Below are positions 46,975-56,654 of a stretch of DNA of 57,089 nt, in pieces; position 1 is the stretch's first letter; every line of letters starts with the position of its first letter. Below the pieces are notes generated by a model that did no database searches, was not told the origin of the DNA, and was given only the letters and a program-made list of their open reading frames with translations. Made by a program: the position numbers and the translations under genes. Origin of the DNA: a virus; IMG/VR virus record IMGVR_UViG_3300025867_000001. The stretch is one strand, 5' to 3'.

Positions 46975-49821
46975 CTATTTGCTTAACGCCTGGGAGATAA
47001 GAGACGTAGAAACACCCAGCATATCGGCAATCTCAGCCAACGATCGCCCTTGTTGTTGATAGATGCGGGCGCGTGCAAGTTTACTGGGAGACAAAGAAGA
47101 CTGTGCTCTCGGAGTTGCTAAATCCTGAATAGCTTTCAAGTCTGCATTATTTAAAATTTGAGATAATAAAGAATTACTAATTGCACCAGCACTGATCGCT
47201 TCCCATTCGTTAGCAGTAATCTGAATTCGTTGCTTTGATGCTCCAACACGAGTTCGCATGTCAGCCAACACTTGTCCTTTTAACTTTTTAATTTGCGATC
47301 TTTCCATATTAGGATTTGCAGCTTTCTTTGTTTCAACAATTTTATTTCCAGCTAAGTGCACCTGACGTTCGAGGGGGGCATTAGATTGCGCCACCCGGAG
47401 CTTACTTTTTAACGAGGCTACTTCAGAAGAATATGTCTGCTTCGCTGATGAAGAATAAGAAGTCATTTTGATATTGGCGCTTTCCTTACGGGCTTGATTA
47501 CCCAGGGCCTTCATATCATTGGCGTAGTTTGCATACACCAGTTCAATGGTAGCGGGGTTTTTACTGAGTAATGTACGGGCATCTTCTGTTTCATACATCT
47601 TTGTTGATTTAATCTGGGACTTAATAAACTTACCTTGGGCATTTACATATCCCTCACCTGTTGAAACCCATACCTTTTTACCAGTAGTGGTGTCAACAGA
47701 GTAGGCCCCCTTTCGAATCAGGGGGGAGTCACCAGTTTGTTCTTTGGTGAGGGCTTTTCGTTTATCGACACGTTGTTCCGAAGATGCTCTCGAAACTAAT
47801 GTTGAAGCTCCTCTTGGATTAGAAACAGTTCCTCCTTGATAGGTGGCCTTTAATTCTGCAATGCCGTTGTCAATATAGGATTGGGTATAGTTTAATTCAT
47901 GCTTCTCGGCATCAATTACAACCATGGAATGCTTAACCGCCCGAGCAATGTCATCGGGTGGTGCTCCCTTAATTGTCATGTCCGTAATTAAATTAGATAC
48001 TTTGCCCATTTCCTGTTGCTTAACCACGTTAGTAATGACGGGCATGCCTGGATACTTAGGATACGCTTTCTTGGGATCGAAGTCCTTTAATGCTACCAAT
48101 GGGGAATCAACTTTGATTAACTTAGGATTATAGGGGATAGCAATAACCGTATCCCCATCAAAGTCGGCGCCGGATAGCACCTCTGCAGTATGTGGGGTAA
48201 TACCAATAGCATCTGATGCCGTTCCTAATATTGATTTACCTTCTTTATTCCGAGTATTATTAGTAACAACCGGTAGCTCAAATGTTCCCGCATGCGGATG
48301 CCGGATCAGTACGAGCTTCTCGCCATCACGATACCTTGATGAATAACATTCATCCTCTTTCAAAGAGGTAATAGGTATAATTACATTGGACGTTTGACGA
48401 GGCATAGCGGCAGCTTTTAAATGGACCGCCTTTGAATCACAATCATCGGCAAAAGAATCAAGAAGCCGTTGTTTAACAACGGGTTGGGTAATCTTTTGAT
48501 ACTGATCAAACGTTTCCTTTTGGTCTAAGTACGACAAAGTCAATTGTTGCTTCGCTAATTCGGGGGATTGCTTTGAAAGAAACTGGCTTGATAAAGTCTT
48601 GCTCCATGTTTCCCAGCTTCCCTCAACTCCCGAATCTTGTTTCCCTGCAAACCCTACAATATTTAAAGCTGATTGCTTTTCCGTGCCATCCCGGTCTGTG
48701 TATGTAGTTTGACGGATTGTGGCACCGAACTCATTTATCTTCTGTTTGCCTTCTTTATCCAAATAAATCGCGCCTCCCTCATTATCTTCAACAGTTACAT
48801 TCATCTTCTTCATAGCACCTAGTTTGCCAACAGATGAATTTTTATTAGTATTGTAAATAATGTCAACCCCATCAGGCATGTCGTCTGAGTAAATAGCCAT
48901 ACCTTTCAGATAATGAGTGCCATCCACAGCAACTCGAACTTGGGCGTAATGTTTATCTTGCGGTAATGCAATGTCCGCCACTCCCCTACGAATCTGAACG
49001 ACACCATCCATAGAAGAGCCAGAAGGCTTATCATCATCGAACCGAACCTTAATTCTTTTTGAATCAACAGAAATGGGAGGCTTAACTGACTTATAGGTTA
49101 CGCCACCATCCGAAGACCAATCGCTAATCATACGAATGTCACCCGAATTCTTCGTCGCATGCAAATAGGCAGCGGAAACAGTTCTTTCCTCATCTGTTTT
49201 TGTGGCCCATTTTTCGGGGTACTGCTCTTTATATGCGCTTCGGGCAGTAGTTAGTGTATCGGGAGACATTAAAACACGAACGGTTGTCTTACCTGAAGTT
49301 CCTAGCTGCGGTGTTTGAATATTTGTGACCACATATCCTTCCGATTCAAGTTCGGCAATGGATACATCTAATTTTGATTTGGTCACACCAAGAAGCTGAA
49401 GATTGGATCCGGTACCAACGTCGATCATGCCTTTTTTATTTGCTTGCTCTTTAAGCATGTTCTTAGTGGCTTCGTTTACTTTGTGCCGGTCTTCTGTTTC
49501 GGGCATCAGAATCTTTTTTACTGTATTTGGAGAAACGCCAATCCTTTGCGCAATAGCGGAATCAGAATAACCCTTCGCCTTGAGCCTCACCGCCATTGCC
49601 GACTGGGCGCCATAAACGGCTTCTGATTCGGTATGAATGCGAGCCCTTAACTGAGTTGTATTCATAGCAAATGACTCGGCTATTTGCTTTTCAGACAACC
49701 CTTGTTTTTTTAATTCCGATACTTGCTGCCCAAAAGTTTTTGACCTTTGAGGCTCATCTCCAGACCCCCAAGGATATCGGCCACTGTGCCGTTTTGTACC
49801 ATAATGCATCAAAAATGCCAT
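46975..49821 (-). CDS. Two-barrel (double-psi beta-barrel) RNA polymerase-like protein with N- and C-terminal HTH domains.
   Basis: aa 302-326 THYLKGMAIYSDDMPDGVDIIYNTN is RNAP beta-like (GRHGNKGV..EDMP..DG.PVDI.LNP). aa 502-564 KLVLIRHPHAGTFELP...LSGADFDGDTVIAIPY is beta-prime-like (LNRAPTLH...NADFDGD); the DFDGD codons are at 48151-48165. HTH-like segments are at aa 38-62, 82-105 and 920-945. Confidence 0.6.
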   Translation of the reverse strand: MAFLMHYGTKRHSGRYPWGSGDEPQRSKTFGQQVSELKKQGLSEKQIAESFAMNTTQLRARIHTESEAVYGAQSAMAVRLKAKGYSDSAIAQRIGVSPNTVKKILMPETEDRHKVNEATKNMLKEQANKKGMIDVGTGSNLQLLGVTKSKLDVSIAELESEGYVVTNIQTPQLGTSGKTTVRVLMSPDTLTTARSAYKEQYPEKWATKTDEERTVSAAYLHATKNSGDIRMISDWSSDGGVTYKSVKPPISVDSKRIKVRFDDDKPSGSSMDGVVQIRRGVADIALPQDKHYAQVRVAVDGTHYLKGMAIYSDDMPDGVDIIYNTNKNSSVGKLGAMKKMNVTVEDNEGGAIYLDKEGKQKINEFGATIRQTTYTDRDGTEKQSALNIVGFAGKQDSGVEGSWETWSKTLSSQFLSKQSPELAKQQLTLSYLDQKETFDQYQKITQPVVKQRLLDSFADDCDSKAVHLKAAAMPRQTSNVIIPITSLKEDECYSSRYRDGEKLVLIRHPHAGTFELPVVTNNTRNKEGKSILGTASDAIGITPHTAEVLSGADFDGDTVIAIPYNPKLIKVDSPLVALKDFDPKKAYPKYPGMPVITNVVKQQEMGKVSNLITDMTIKGAPPDDIARAVKHSMVVIDAEKHELNYTQSYIDNGIAELKATYQGGTVSNPRGASTLVSRASSEQRVDKRKALTKEQTGDSPLIRKGAYSVDTTTGKKVWVSTGEGYVNAQGKFIKSQIKSTKMYETEDARTLLSKNPATIELVYANYANDMKALGNQARKESANIKMTSYSSSAKQTYSSEVASLKSKLRVAQSNAPLERQVHLAGNKIVETKKAANPNMERSQIKKLKGQVLADMRTRVGASKQRIQITANEWEAISAGAISNSLLSQILNNADLKAIQDLATPRAQSSLSPSKLARARIYQQQGRSLAEIADMLGVSTSLISQALSK

Positions 49822-49844
49822 TCTAAAATCCTCCTTAATCTTAA

Positions 49845-50396
49845 TTAAGAGGTAGCTTGCTCGATTCGCTTATCAAAATCTTTAATTTTTTGCATAATAT
49901 ACAAAATCTCCTCGGCATCAGGATTCCAACACAAAATTTCATCGTTCTGATAAAGACGAAGCTCAATATCTAACTCATTTGGGGAACACCGGTATTCCAA
50001 ACAAAATATAGCGGCATAAATTTCCAGTTGCTTTGCTGATGCTGGAGTTGCTCCCGTTTTCAAATCAAAGATTTTTAGCTTATTATCTTTGAACAAAATT
50101 GCGTCGCAAGTCCCAAAACAATTAACTGAATAAAATAATGTAACTTCCGGATCCATCCTAAAACCAATGCAATCATTAATATACATGTTATAGGTTTTCT
50201 TTGGGGTTGATGGAAGTTTTATTCTATTCTTTATGAGCCTCGAAGCAAGCTCGTGTAGTTCGGTTCCCCTTTGTGCGGCTTGCCATGAACTATAGACTTC
50301 GTCTAATTTTTGTTCATCATAGCGAACCCAATGATATTTAGAAGGACTAAGAAAAGCATGTCGGCCATCCAAATTCAAATGATTATTCCATTTCAC
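49845..50396 (-). CDS. PD-(D/E)xK exonuclease (RecB/Cas4/YqaJ-like).
   Basis: Motifs seen: GTELHE, CDAILFKDNKLKIFDLKTG, QLEIYAAIF. Confidence 0.6.
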   Translation of the reverse strand: MKWNNHLNLDGRHAFLSPSKYHWVRYDEQKLDEVYSSWQAAQRGTELHELASRLIKNRIKLPSTPKKTYNMYINDCIGFRMDPEVTLFYSVNCFGTCDAILFKDNKLKIFDLKTGATPASAKQLEIYAAIFCLEYRCSPNELDIELRLYQNDEILCWNPDAEEILYIMQKIKDFDKRIEQATS

Positions 50397-50689
50397 ACAT
50401 TGTATCTCCTTTCAAGCTCCTCCATAATTTCCTCCTTATTTTCCGGAAATATAAAAGTCGCATTGTTTTTTAAATCTGACTCATTAACATAATATTCCTG
50501 ATTTGGCCGATGAGAGGCTTTAGAATTTCTTTTACATTCTAACAGCATGTATTGACCATTTGGAAAATACACAGTCACATCGGGGAAGCCTTGAATATAG
50601 GTGGGGTCATTAATAACAACTTCTGTTCCTGGAAATCTATCTCGAATTTCTTTATAGAGCTTCGTTTTAAATTCAGATTCTTTTTGCAT
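50393..50689 (-). CDS. VRR-NUC domain nuclease.
   Basis: GFPDVTVYFPNGQYMLLECKRNSKASHRPNQEYY. Confidence 0.65.
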   Translation of the reverse strand: MQKESEFKTKLYKEIRDRFPGTEVVINDPTYIQGFPDVTVYFPNGQYMLLECKRNSKASHRPNQEYYVNESDLKNNATFIFPENKEEIMEELERRYNV

Positions 50690-50785
50690 ATTCAGCCTCC
50701 GATCATAAAATAAAAATAAAGAAAAAGATAAGAACTGCTAATACCCATATTAATCCGGGAATCGAACCCGGAGTCAGCTCCTACC

Positions 50786-50815
50786 TTCTCATTATAGGCC
50801 ATGTTTTTTCTGCGA
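50786..50815 (-). promoter_or_regulatory. Promoter-like motif (phage consensus), the only copy in the replication/RNAP block.
   Basis: Minus strand: TTCGCAGAAAAAACATGGCCTATAATGAGAAGG. It lies upstream of the VRR-NUC, exonuclease and RNAP-like genes. Confidence 0.55.
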
Positions 50816-50820
50816 ATTCA

Positions 50821-52017
50821 TTAATTAACAAATAGGGTTTCGTTGAAGTTTTGTTTAACATTTAAAGATTTTCGAATCGCGTTATCAATTGAACTGCAGG
50901 ATAATAAATGAAAATAATATAGATGCGTGAACGGAGTATTCATTCTATCAATTCTTCCGGCTGCTTGAATCATTTGCTTGTATGAATATGTCTGCGAATA
51001 AAATATAATGGTATCTGTTGTTATTGCATTCCATGCCTCACTTGCAGCAGTGTATTGGCAAATATAAACCCATTGTTTTCCTTCTGGAATTTCTTGATGT
51101 AAATGGCCGTTCCATTCGGAGAACTGGATATTTTGTTGACTACACCAATCTCTAAGAATTTCTAATTCATAATCAAAATTGTAAAATATAATTAGCCGGG
51201 GATGTTGATTTAATATCGCGTCTAAATTTGATACTCTCGACTCATCTGAATTAACGACCTGGCGTAAGGCATAACATAATTCAGAAATATCACGAACTGG
51301 GCTATCAGTAAAAATATTCCAGCGGTCCTGCAAAAGCCGATTATATGCCACAACATCGTAATTGCAAACCGAATCCATGTGATGCTGAACAGTATGCCTT
51401 ACATCCGGCATTCGAACAATTATTGAGTCACGTAAACGTATTAACCTTGAAATTTCCAAGTACCGTTCTACTTTAGGATATTTGCTAAATCTGGAATAAA
51501 TAATATGCCGGTTACAAAATTCAGTCCTGTTCTTATAAAAACCATTTGCAACAAAGACCGGAATATAATCGGTCCAATTATCCCCAGGAGTTGCCGATAA
51601 AAGAATCCATTGATTACTTTTAGCAATCTTAATAAATTCTTTACTCCAAGTCCCGGAGCCGACAACTCGTTGCTCATCAAATATAAAAATGGAATCTTTT
51701 ATATTAATATACTTTGAAATATTATTCCATGAGTCTATTGACTTAATATTCATTGGGATATTACTTGCTTCTTTAAGCCAGTCAGTACTATCCCTTTTTC
51801 GAGCTGTAGTAATAATATAAATGTCTGTTTGGATAGATGGCTTTCTATATTGGCCTGGGGTAACAACTGGAGTTAGACCATCCAGCCACTTTGTAAATAT
51901 AAAAGAAAGGGCAGCGAGCGATTTTCCACTCCCTACCCCGCCAACCAAAATACATCCATTATGCATTTCATTAACAGCCTTCTGCTGGTACTCAGTCAGT
52001 TGTATCAAATCGCTCAC
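50821..52017 (-). CDS. Superfamily 2 (DEAD/SNF2-like) helicase.
   Basis: Walker A GGVGSGKS, DEQ box (IFIFDEQR), SATPG and motif VI QAAGRIDR. Confidence 0.75.
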   Translation of the reverse strand: MSDLIQLTEYQQKAVNEMHNGCILVGGVGSGKSLAALSFIFTKWLDGLTPVVTPGQYRKPSIQTDIYIITTARKRDSTDWLKEASNIPMNIKSIDSWNNISKYINIKDSIFIFDEQRVVGSGTWSKEFIKIAKSNQWILLSATPGDNWTDYIPVFVANGFYKNRTEFCNRHIIYSRFSKYPKVERYLEISRLIRLRDSIIVRMPDVRHTVQHHMDSVCNYDVVAYNRLLQDRWNIFTDSPVRDISELCYALRQVVNSDESRVSNLDAILNQHPRLIIFYNFDYELEILRDWCSQQNIQFSEWNGHLHQEIPEGKQWVYICQYTAASEAWNAITTDTIIFYSQTYSYKQMIQAAGRIDRMNTPFTHLYYFHLLSCSSIDNAIRKSLNVKQNFNETLFVN

Positions 52018-52038
52018 CTCCTTATTTTTAATGATTAT

Positions 52039-52584
52039 TTACAGAGCCGAAGTACTGCCACAATTTCCGTCGCAGACCTCACAATTACCACACCCGCCAA
52101 TTGCCTCGTCGGCTCCCTCGTGGTAATTATACTTTGCGGCGAGCTCGTCGACAACAAGCGTCGCGTATAGTGACTTCAAATAAGCCTTGCAACCAGATTT
52201 TCCACCTATCGGACCCCAGTTGAAAGGATTAACCTGAACGTCGCAAAATTCAATCTCGGCCCAGTCAAGCATGTTCACCTTCTCCTCACTTAACCGAGAT
52301 TGCCGGCCTTGAGATATCACGACAATATTGGGCGGTATATTTCCAAAGGAAACTTTAACCGAAAGGACTGGTTGAGGATCCCCTCCATCCCTTGAATCAA
52401 GATAACGAATGGTCCATCCATCTTTCTCCATTTGTTCAGCAATGGGCGCATCCAAAAATATGCAAAAGTTTCTACTTCCTTTAGGATTATACTGTGTTTC
52501 TTCTCCACTAAAATTACGAAACATGAGTTTCGCATTATAAATTGTCACCGGGTCTTTCACCTGATAAACTTTAGCTACTGCCAT
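52039..52584 (-). CDS. Putative ssDNA-binding protein (T7 gp2.5/DUF2815-like pattern) with a Cys-rich C-terminal tail.
   Basis: It sits next to the replicase gene. Pattern: AKLMFRNFSG...NPKGSRNFCIFLD...KAYLKSLY. Tail: GGCGNCEVCDGNCGSTSAL. Confidence 0.4.
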   Translation of the reverse strand: MAVAKVYQVKDPVTIYNAKLMFRNFSGEETQYNPKGSRNFCIFLDAPIAEQMEKDGWTIRYLDSRDGGDPQPVLSVKVSFGNIPPNIVVISQGRQSRLSEEKVNMLDWAEIEFCDVQVNPFNWGPIGGKSGCKAYLKSLYATLVVDELAAKYNYHEGADEAIGGCGNCEVCDGNCGSTSAL

Positions 52585-55500
52585 TATTTAACTCCTTCTT
52601 GTATAGCTTGCGCTATTGTTGGTTGATGAGGATAATCGTCAAAACCAATTAAGTCCTCATTACTATCATTTGGGGCATCGGGGTTCTCGTAGTCATCGAG
52701 CAAAGTTTCCAATGGCCCAAATTTTTGAATTGTCTGGATTCCTTTATCAGCAAGAATCTCGAAATATGAAATATCAATATCGTCCTCTTTATCAAGGGAT
52801 TTAACAATTTCACTTTCTTTCCATCGATACCCTTTCGTTCCACTTAATGCAAAATAGGATCCGTCGGTTTCCCTATAGAGACAACCCCCTCCACTCCCCG
52901 CAACAACTGGAACAAATGACCCGACCTTTCCAACGTGAACATAATTGTGCTCACCTTCTGGTAAATTTTCATTGAAATCCAAGAATATCACGCTCGGACT
53001 CGTAACAGACTGAACTTGTTCATAATCCTCAAATACAATTGGTTCTTTACTAAATAATTTCTTGAATAAATAGGGTTCTGCAAACTGAGCACCGACCGCT
53101 ACCCACTTACCAATTTCCTTTGGCTTTGCGGACCAAGCATACTTCGCAATATACACAGCATTGTTAACGAGGCATATCTTTTCATAAGTGGCCTCATGCT
53201 CAAATCCATACCCATATTTCTTTGCAAATTCTTTACAGAAGTCAATAATCTCTGGAGTGGCATGAGCAATCTTAATACTATCGGTCTTAATATGAACAAC
53301 CGTAAATCCTCTAGCCTGCACCTCATCCTGAAGTGTCTTCATGAATAAAGCTCCTCTAAGAGCTATAATATTATTTACATTATCTTTATGCTTCATTACA
53401 TTTGGGAAGGACGCACTGGTGAGCCCGTAGGCGCTATTTAAGGCTATTTTAAGCGCATAGGCTAATCCATCAGCTTTTGAAGAATCGGTCAGATATGGGC
53501 TTAATTTGCCTCCTAGCATCTGTTTAGCAGCTTCGTAGTCCTTATGCTTGATTGCAATACGAGCTGCCTTAATATCCGCATAATTTTTAGTGTATTTCCC
53601 AAAGTAATTCATTTCGATTAGCGAGGTCGGATGCATTGATATAATATCCAGGATTGCGGTATCGGTATATATTCCAGGCTCAGCATAAACATACCCGCCC
53701 ATACTAACGTCGACGCCGCGATACATATTATGCATCTTATTATCTGCGCCACGAACAAATTCATATCCGGGAAATACTTCCTCAAGATGAGTATATTGCA
53801 ATGTTGGATTTCTGTCTTCCCCGAATACGATTCTCGTGACAAGAGTGTTTGTGGTCATGTTCGGCGTTCCGCCGGCAAGGTCGGCTAATATCTCACGAGC
53901 TAAGAAATCAGCCTGTAAATGATGGAATAAGGCCTCTGTGGCAAGAACATCATTTGTGCAATACTCTTGGCATAACGGCCAATACTGCTCTGGCAAGTCT
54001 TCATCGAATTTAAATGGAAATTCTTGATGGTGCAAACCTAATTCTATCTCCCATTTTTTGAGAGATTGCTTGCTTGAAGAGAAGTCATAAATATCAGTAT
54101 ACGAAATATTATATGCTTCCCGGAATCCGCTCTTAACCGAGCCTTCCTTGGATATAATTCTCATACTCAAATTATACAGCTGCTCATTAGTATAGCCAAT
54201 ATAACGTCCATACAAAATATGGTTGTCATATCGGTAATTGTTAAAGCCAACCAGTTTAAATTTGAATAATTCGCCAACTTCTTGTGGAGTAGGGTTTACC
54301 AAAGAAATAACATCGGTCGAGCCCTTCATTTTATAGCAAATCAGAAACAGATTTTTAAAGACTTCGACGTCAAAGAACATCAATTCGTCTGGTGCAACAT
54401 TTGGAATGGATTCGACGTCGGATGCAAACTTCATCTTGTTGACTAAGTCGATACAGTACGCGGATTGATTCGATGATTGTATTGCAAAGTTAAATATCGC
54501 GTTTCGCATATCAGTCACATCGTAAACCATTCCGCTCTTATATGCCTCATCCAGAAGCTTAAATATAAAATCGCATTCGGGTTTGGTTGCTCCGTGAAAC
54601 TCCTTGTTGAGGCATTTCTTAATCATAACCCGCAAGTGATTCTCATCCTCAACCGTCTTCTTGTCTAACACTCCATCGCCTCCTTTTCTCTCGCGTAAGG
54701 GCAATCCAGATGAAATAGTAGTTATTTTCTCCGAATTGCATTTGGTGAGCTTACGTCTAAGGCTCGCGTTTCCAGTAAATACCTTAATCTCAATTCCATC
54801 GGAATATATACGACTAAGGTCCAAAGACTCGCCCGAGTAAATATAATGCAGGTGAATGCCTTTACCGCTTTTACTATATTCCCCATAAGTCTTTGGCCAT
54901 TTACTAGCTGCCTTTAAATTTAACTCTTCATCCTTTTCTCCTTTCTCATTCTTCAAATCAAAATCCACGACGATGTTATTCTCAGGCACCCCGCTTATGT
55001 AATGTAGTTGATGAGGATCCAAGTCTTTCAGGGTCGTAGTACAGTTCACCCATTTAACTCTTGGGGCTTCCGTCTCCTCCCTACAATATTGAGCGGGGAG
55101 GTCTTTAAACTCTTGGTCTAACAATGATTCTGAGGAGTCGAATGATAACCATTCGGGAATCTCCTCATCACAATCTTCCACGGGGATTCGATCCTTGCCA
55201 TCAATTAAATCACTTTTGAAGCCAATATAACACGAACGATACTGCTTGTCACCCGCCTTATGCGTTTCCTTGAACATGTCAAAGTACGCCATCATATCAC
55301 CACGAAACATTCCTCGCTTTAATGGATATGTTTCGCCCGTCTCATTACAAAACTCTTTATACATGTCATAGAGTTGTTTTAAAGTAATAAAGGGTTCCCT
55401 TTTAAGAACCAAGAAATTCTCCTCTATGAAATTGAATACAGTGTTGGTTTCAAACATCATCTCTTTAGGACGATACGACCGATAGTAGTCCTCGCCCATC

Positions 55501-56507
55501 TTCTTGTAGACATTAATGCAATGATGAGCGATAGCACCCAATTCAAAGTCGATACCTGAGACTAACTTATCGTACTCGCTTTTAGTAACTTTTTTCCCTG
55601 AAGGGCGAACGTCAACCAGACGACGCAGCAGTCCCGATTTACTATCAGGAATCTTAACAGGCTTATTGGTCCCTAAATATAAAAAGCAATTAATCTTTGC
55701 TGAGTATTGTGTCTTATGCTTTTCGTTGATAACAATCTCTTCGTGCGAGATTATGGAATTGAGGGTGCTGTTGTCTTCTATCTTGGATAAGTCACCGTCA
55801 TGTTGAATAGCCACCAAAGGATTGTTCCGAAATACCTCTGTGGCAAAGGAATTGTTTCCGACTAGTTCTTTTGCATTGAACGAAATATAATACCCCTCAA
55901 TAAGTTTTTGAACAATATTGAGGAATGTGGATTTACCACTGCCTGCTTCACCATAGAGCACAATAAACTTTTGGATGTGCCGACTATCGCCAGTTAATAT
56001 TGCGCCTACTGACCACTCAAGCTTTTCACGCTCATCAGGAGAATATAACACACTGATAAGGTTTTCATAGTTTGGGCACTCACCAGCTTCCAAGGCGTAG
56101 GGGAGCTTATGAGTTGCGTAACTACTTCTCGTCAGTTCATCATTAGCAAAATATATTTTATTATCAAGCGGCTTCCAGTTATCAGGCATAAGTTTTATAA
56201 ATGAGGTGTATCTTGACCAAACTCCCGATTTGTAATTTTGGGCTAATGAATAGTGAACGGTTTGGCCCTTGGCCTCTTCCGCCTTAACCGCCTCCAAAAC
56301 AATTGCATCAATTATTTCGGGAACTTCCATTTCGTTCTTACTCCAGATATGGCGCCGCTCATCCCATACTCCATAGAAAGAATGACCACGAGTCATTAAG
56401 TCTTTTGACTTAGCAACTTTAAAATCTATGTCGAGTAAAATATCCCCAGCTTCCTGAGTTTTGCTGGTGTTCTTCGCGACCGTTTTGACCAGATTTATGA
56501 AGTCCAA
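52584..56507 (-). CDS. Replicase fusion: D5/P4-type SF3 helicase, AEP prim-pol domain and family-B DNA polymerase with 3'-5' exonuclease (TTG start).
   Basis: Helicase: VLYGEAGSGKST and LLRRL. Prim-pol: VVDFDLKNEKG and SKSGKGIHLHY. Polymerase: FFDVEVF (ExoI), NNYRYDNHIL (ExoII), YCTNDV (ExoIII), DIISMHPTS (motif A), KIALNSAYG (motif B), HIKTDS (motif C). Confidence 0.75.
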   Translation of the reverse strand: MDFINLVKTVAKNTSKTQEAGDILLDIDFKVAKSKDLMTRGHSFYGVWDERRHIWSKNEMEVPEIIDAIVLEAVKAEEAKGQTVHYSLAQNYKSGVWSRYTSFIKLMPDNWKPLDNKIYFANDELTRSSYATHKLPYALEAGECPNYENLISVLYSPDEREKLEWSVGAILTGDSRHIQKFIVLYGEAGSGKSTFLNIVQKLIEGYYISFNAKELVGNNSFATEVFRNNPLVAIQHDGDLSKIEDNSTLNSIISHEEIVINEKHKTQYSAKINCFLYLGTNKPVKIPDSKSGLLRRLVDVRPSGKKVTKSEYDKLVSGIDFELGAIAHHCINVYKKMGEDYYRSYRPKEMMFETNTVFNFIEENFLVLKREPFITLKQLYDMYKEFCNETGETYPLKRGMFRGDMMAYFDMFKETHKAGDKQYRSCYIGFKSDLIDGKDRIPVEDCDEEIPEWLSFDSSESLLDQEFKDLPAQYCREETEAPRVKWVNCTTTLKDLDPHQLHYISGVPENNIVVDFDLKNEKGEKDEELNLKAASKWPKTYGEYSKSGKGIHLHYIYSGESLDLSRIYSDGIEIKVFTGNASLRRKLTKCNSEKITTISSGLPLRERKGGDGVLDKKTVEDENHLRVMIKKCLNKEFHGATKPECDFIFKLLDEAYKSGMVYDVTDMRNAIFNFAIQSSNQSAYCIDLVNKMKFASDVESIPNVAPDELMFFDVEVFKNLFLICYKMKGSTDVISLVNPTPQEVGELFKFKLVGFNNYRYDNHILYGRYIGYTNEQLYNLSMRIISKEGSVKSGFREAYNISYTDIYDFSSSKQSLKKWEIELGLHHQEFPFKFDEDLPEQYWPLCQEYCTNDVLATEALFHHLQADFLAREILADLAGGTPNMTTNTLVTRIVFGEDRNPTLQYTHLEEVFPGYEFVRGADNKMHNMYRGVDVSMGGYVYAEPGIYTDTAILDIISMHPTSLIEMNYFGKYTKNYADIKAARIAIKHKDYEAAKQMLGGKLSPYLTDSSKADGLAYALKIALNSAYGLTSASFPNVMKHKDNVNNIIALRGALFMKTLQDEVQARGFTVVHIKTDSIKIAHATPEIIDFCKEFAKKYGYGFEHEATYEKICLVNNAVYIAKYAWSAKPKEIGKWVAVGAQFAEPYLFKKLFSKEPIVFEDYEQVQSVTSPSVIFLDFNENLPEGEHNYVHVGKVGSFVPVVAGSGGGCLYRETDGSYFALSGTKGYRWKESEIVKSLDKEDDIDISYFEILADKGIQTIQKFGPLETLLDDYENPDAPNDSNEDLIGFDDYPHQPTIAQAIQEGVK

Positions 56508-56561
56508 ACATAGGTCCTCCTTTCTTTATTTTTTGTATGAAAAAGTGCCATTTTTATGCTC

Positions 56562-56570
56562 GGGTGCAAA
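56562..56570. repeat. Iteron-like element, inverted copy (GGGTGCAAA).
   Basis: It is the reverse complement of the TTTGCACCC core found at 56657 and 56843. Confidence 0.6.
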
Positions 56571-56654
56571 TATGCAAAAATAAATAGCATTTTCGTACAT
56601 TGCTCTATATATTTTTTTAAAATTTTTCTAGAGTGTAATGTAAAAATAACTGTA

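Noticed and set aside
46943-46987. Imperfect ~21-bp direct repeat (cccctatctattttgtttaac / ccccttatctatttgcttaac) at the RNAP-gene stop.
   Set aside because: There are only two imperfect copies, and they overlap a stop codon and the RBS region. This is probably local duplication without an evident function.
50745-50790. T-arm-like hairpin CCGGGTTCGATTCCCGG, which suggests a tRNA gene or the 3' half of a tRNA (attP-like).
   Set aside because: No D arm, anticodon arm or pairing acceptor stem can be drawn. The would-be acceptor (ATTAATA) is implausibly AT-rich, and no integrase is present. It is treated as a leader hairpin downstream of the promoter motif.
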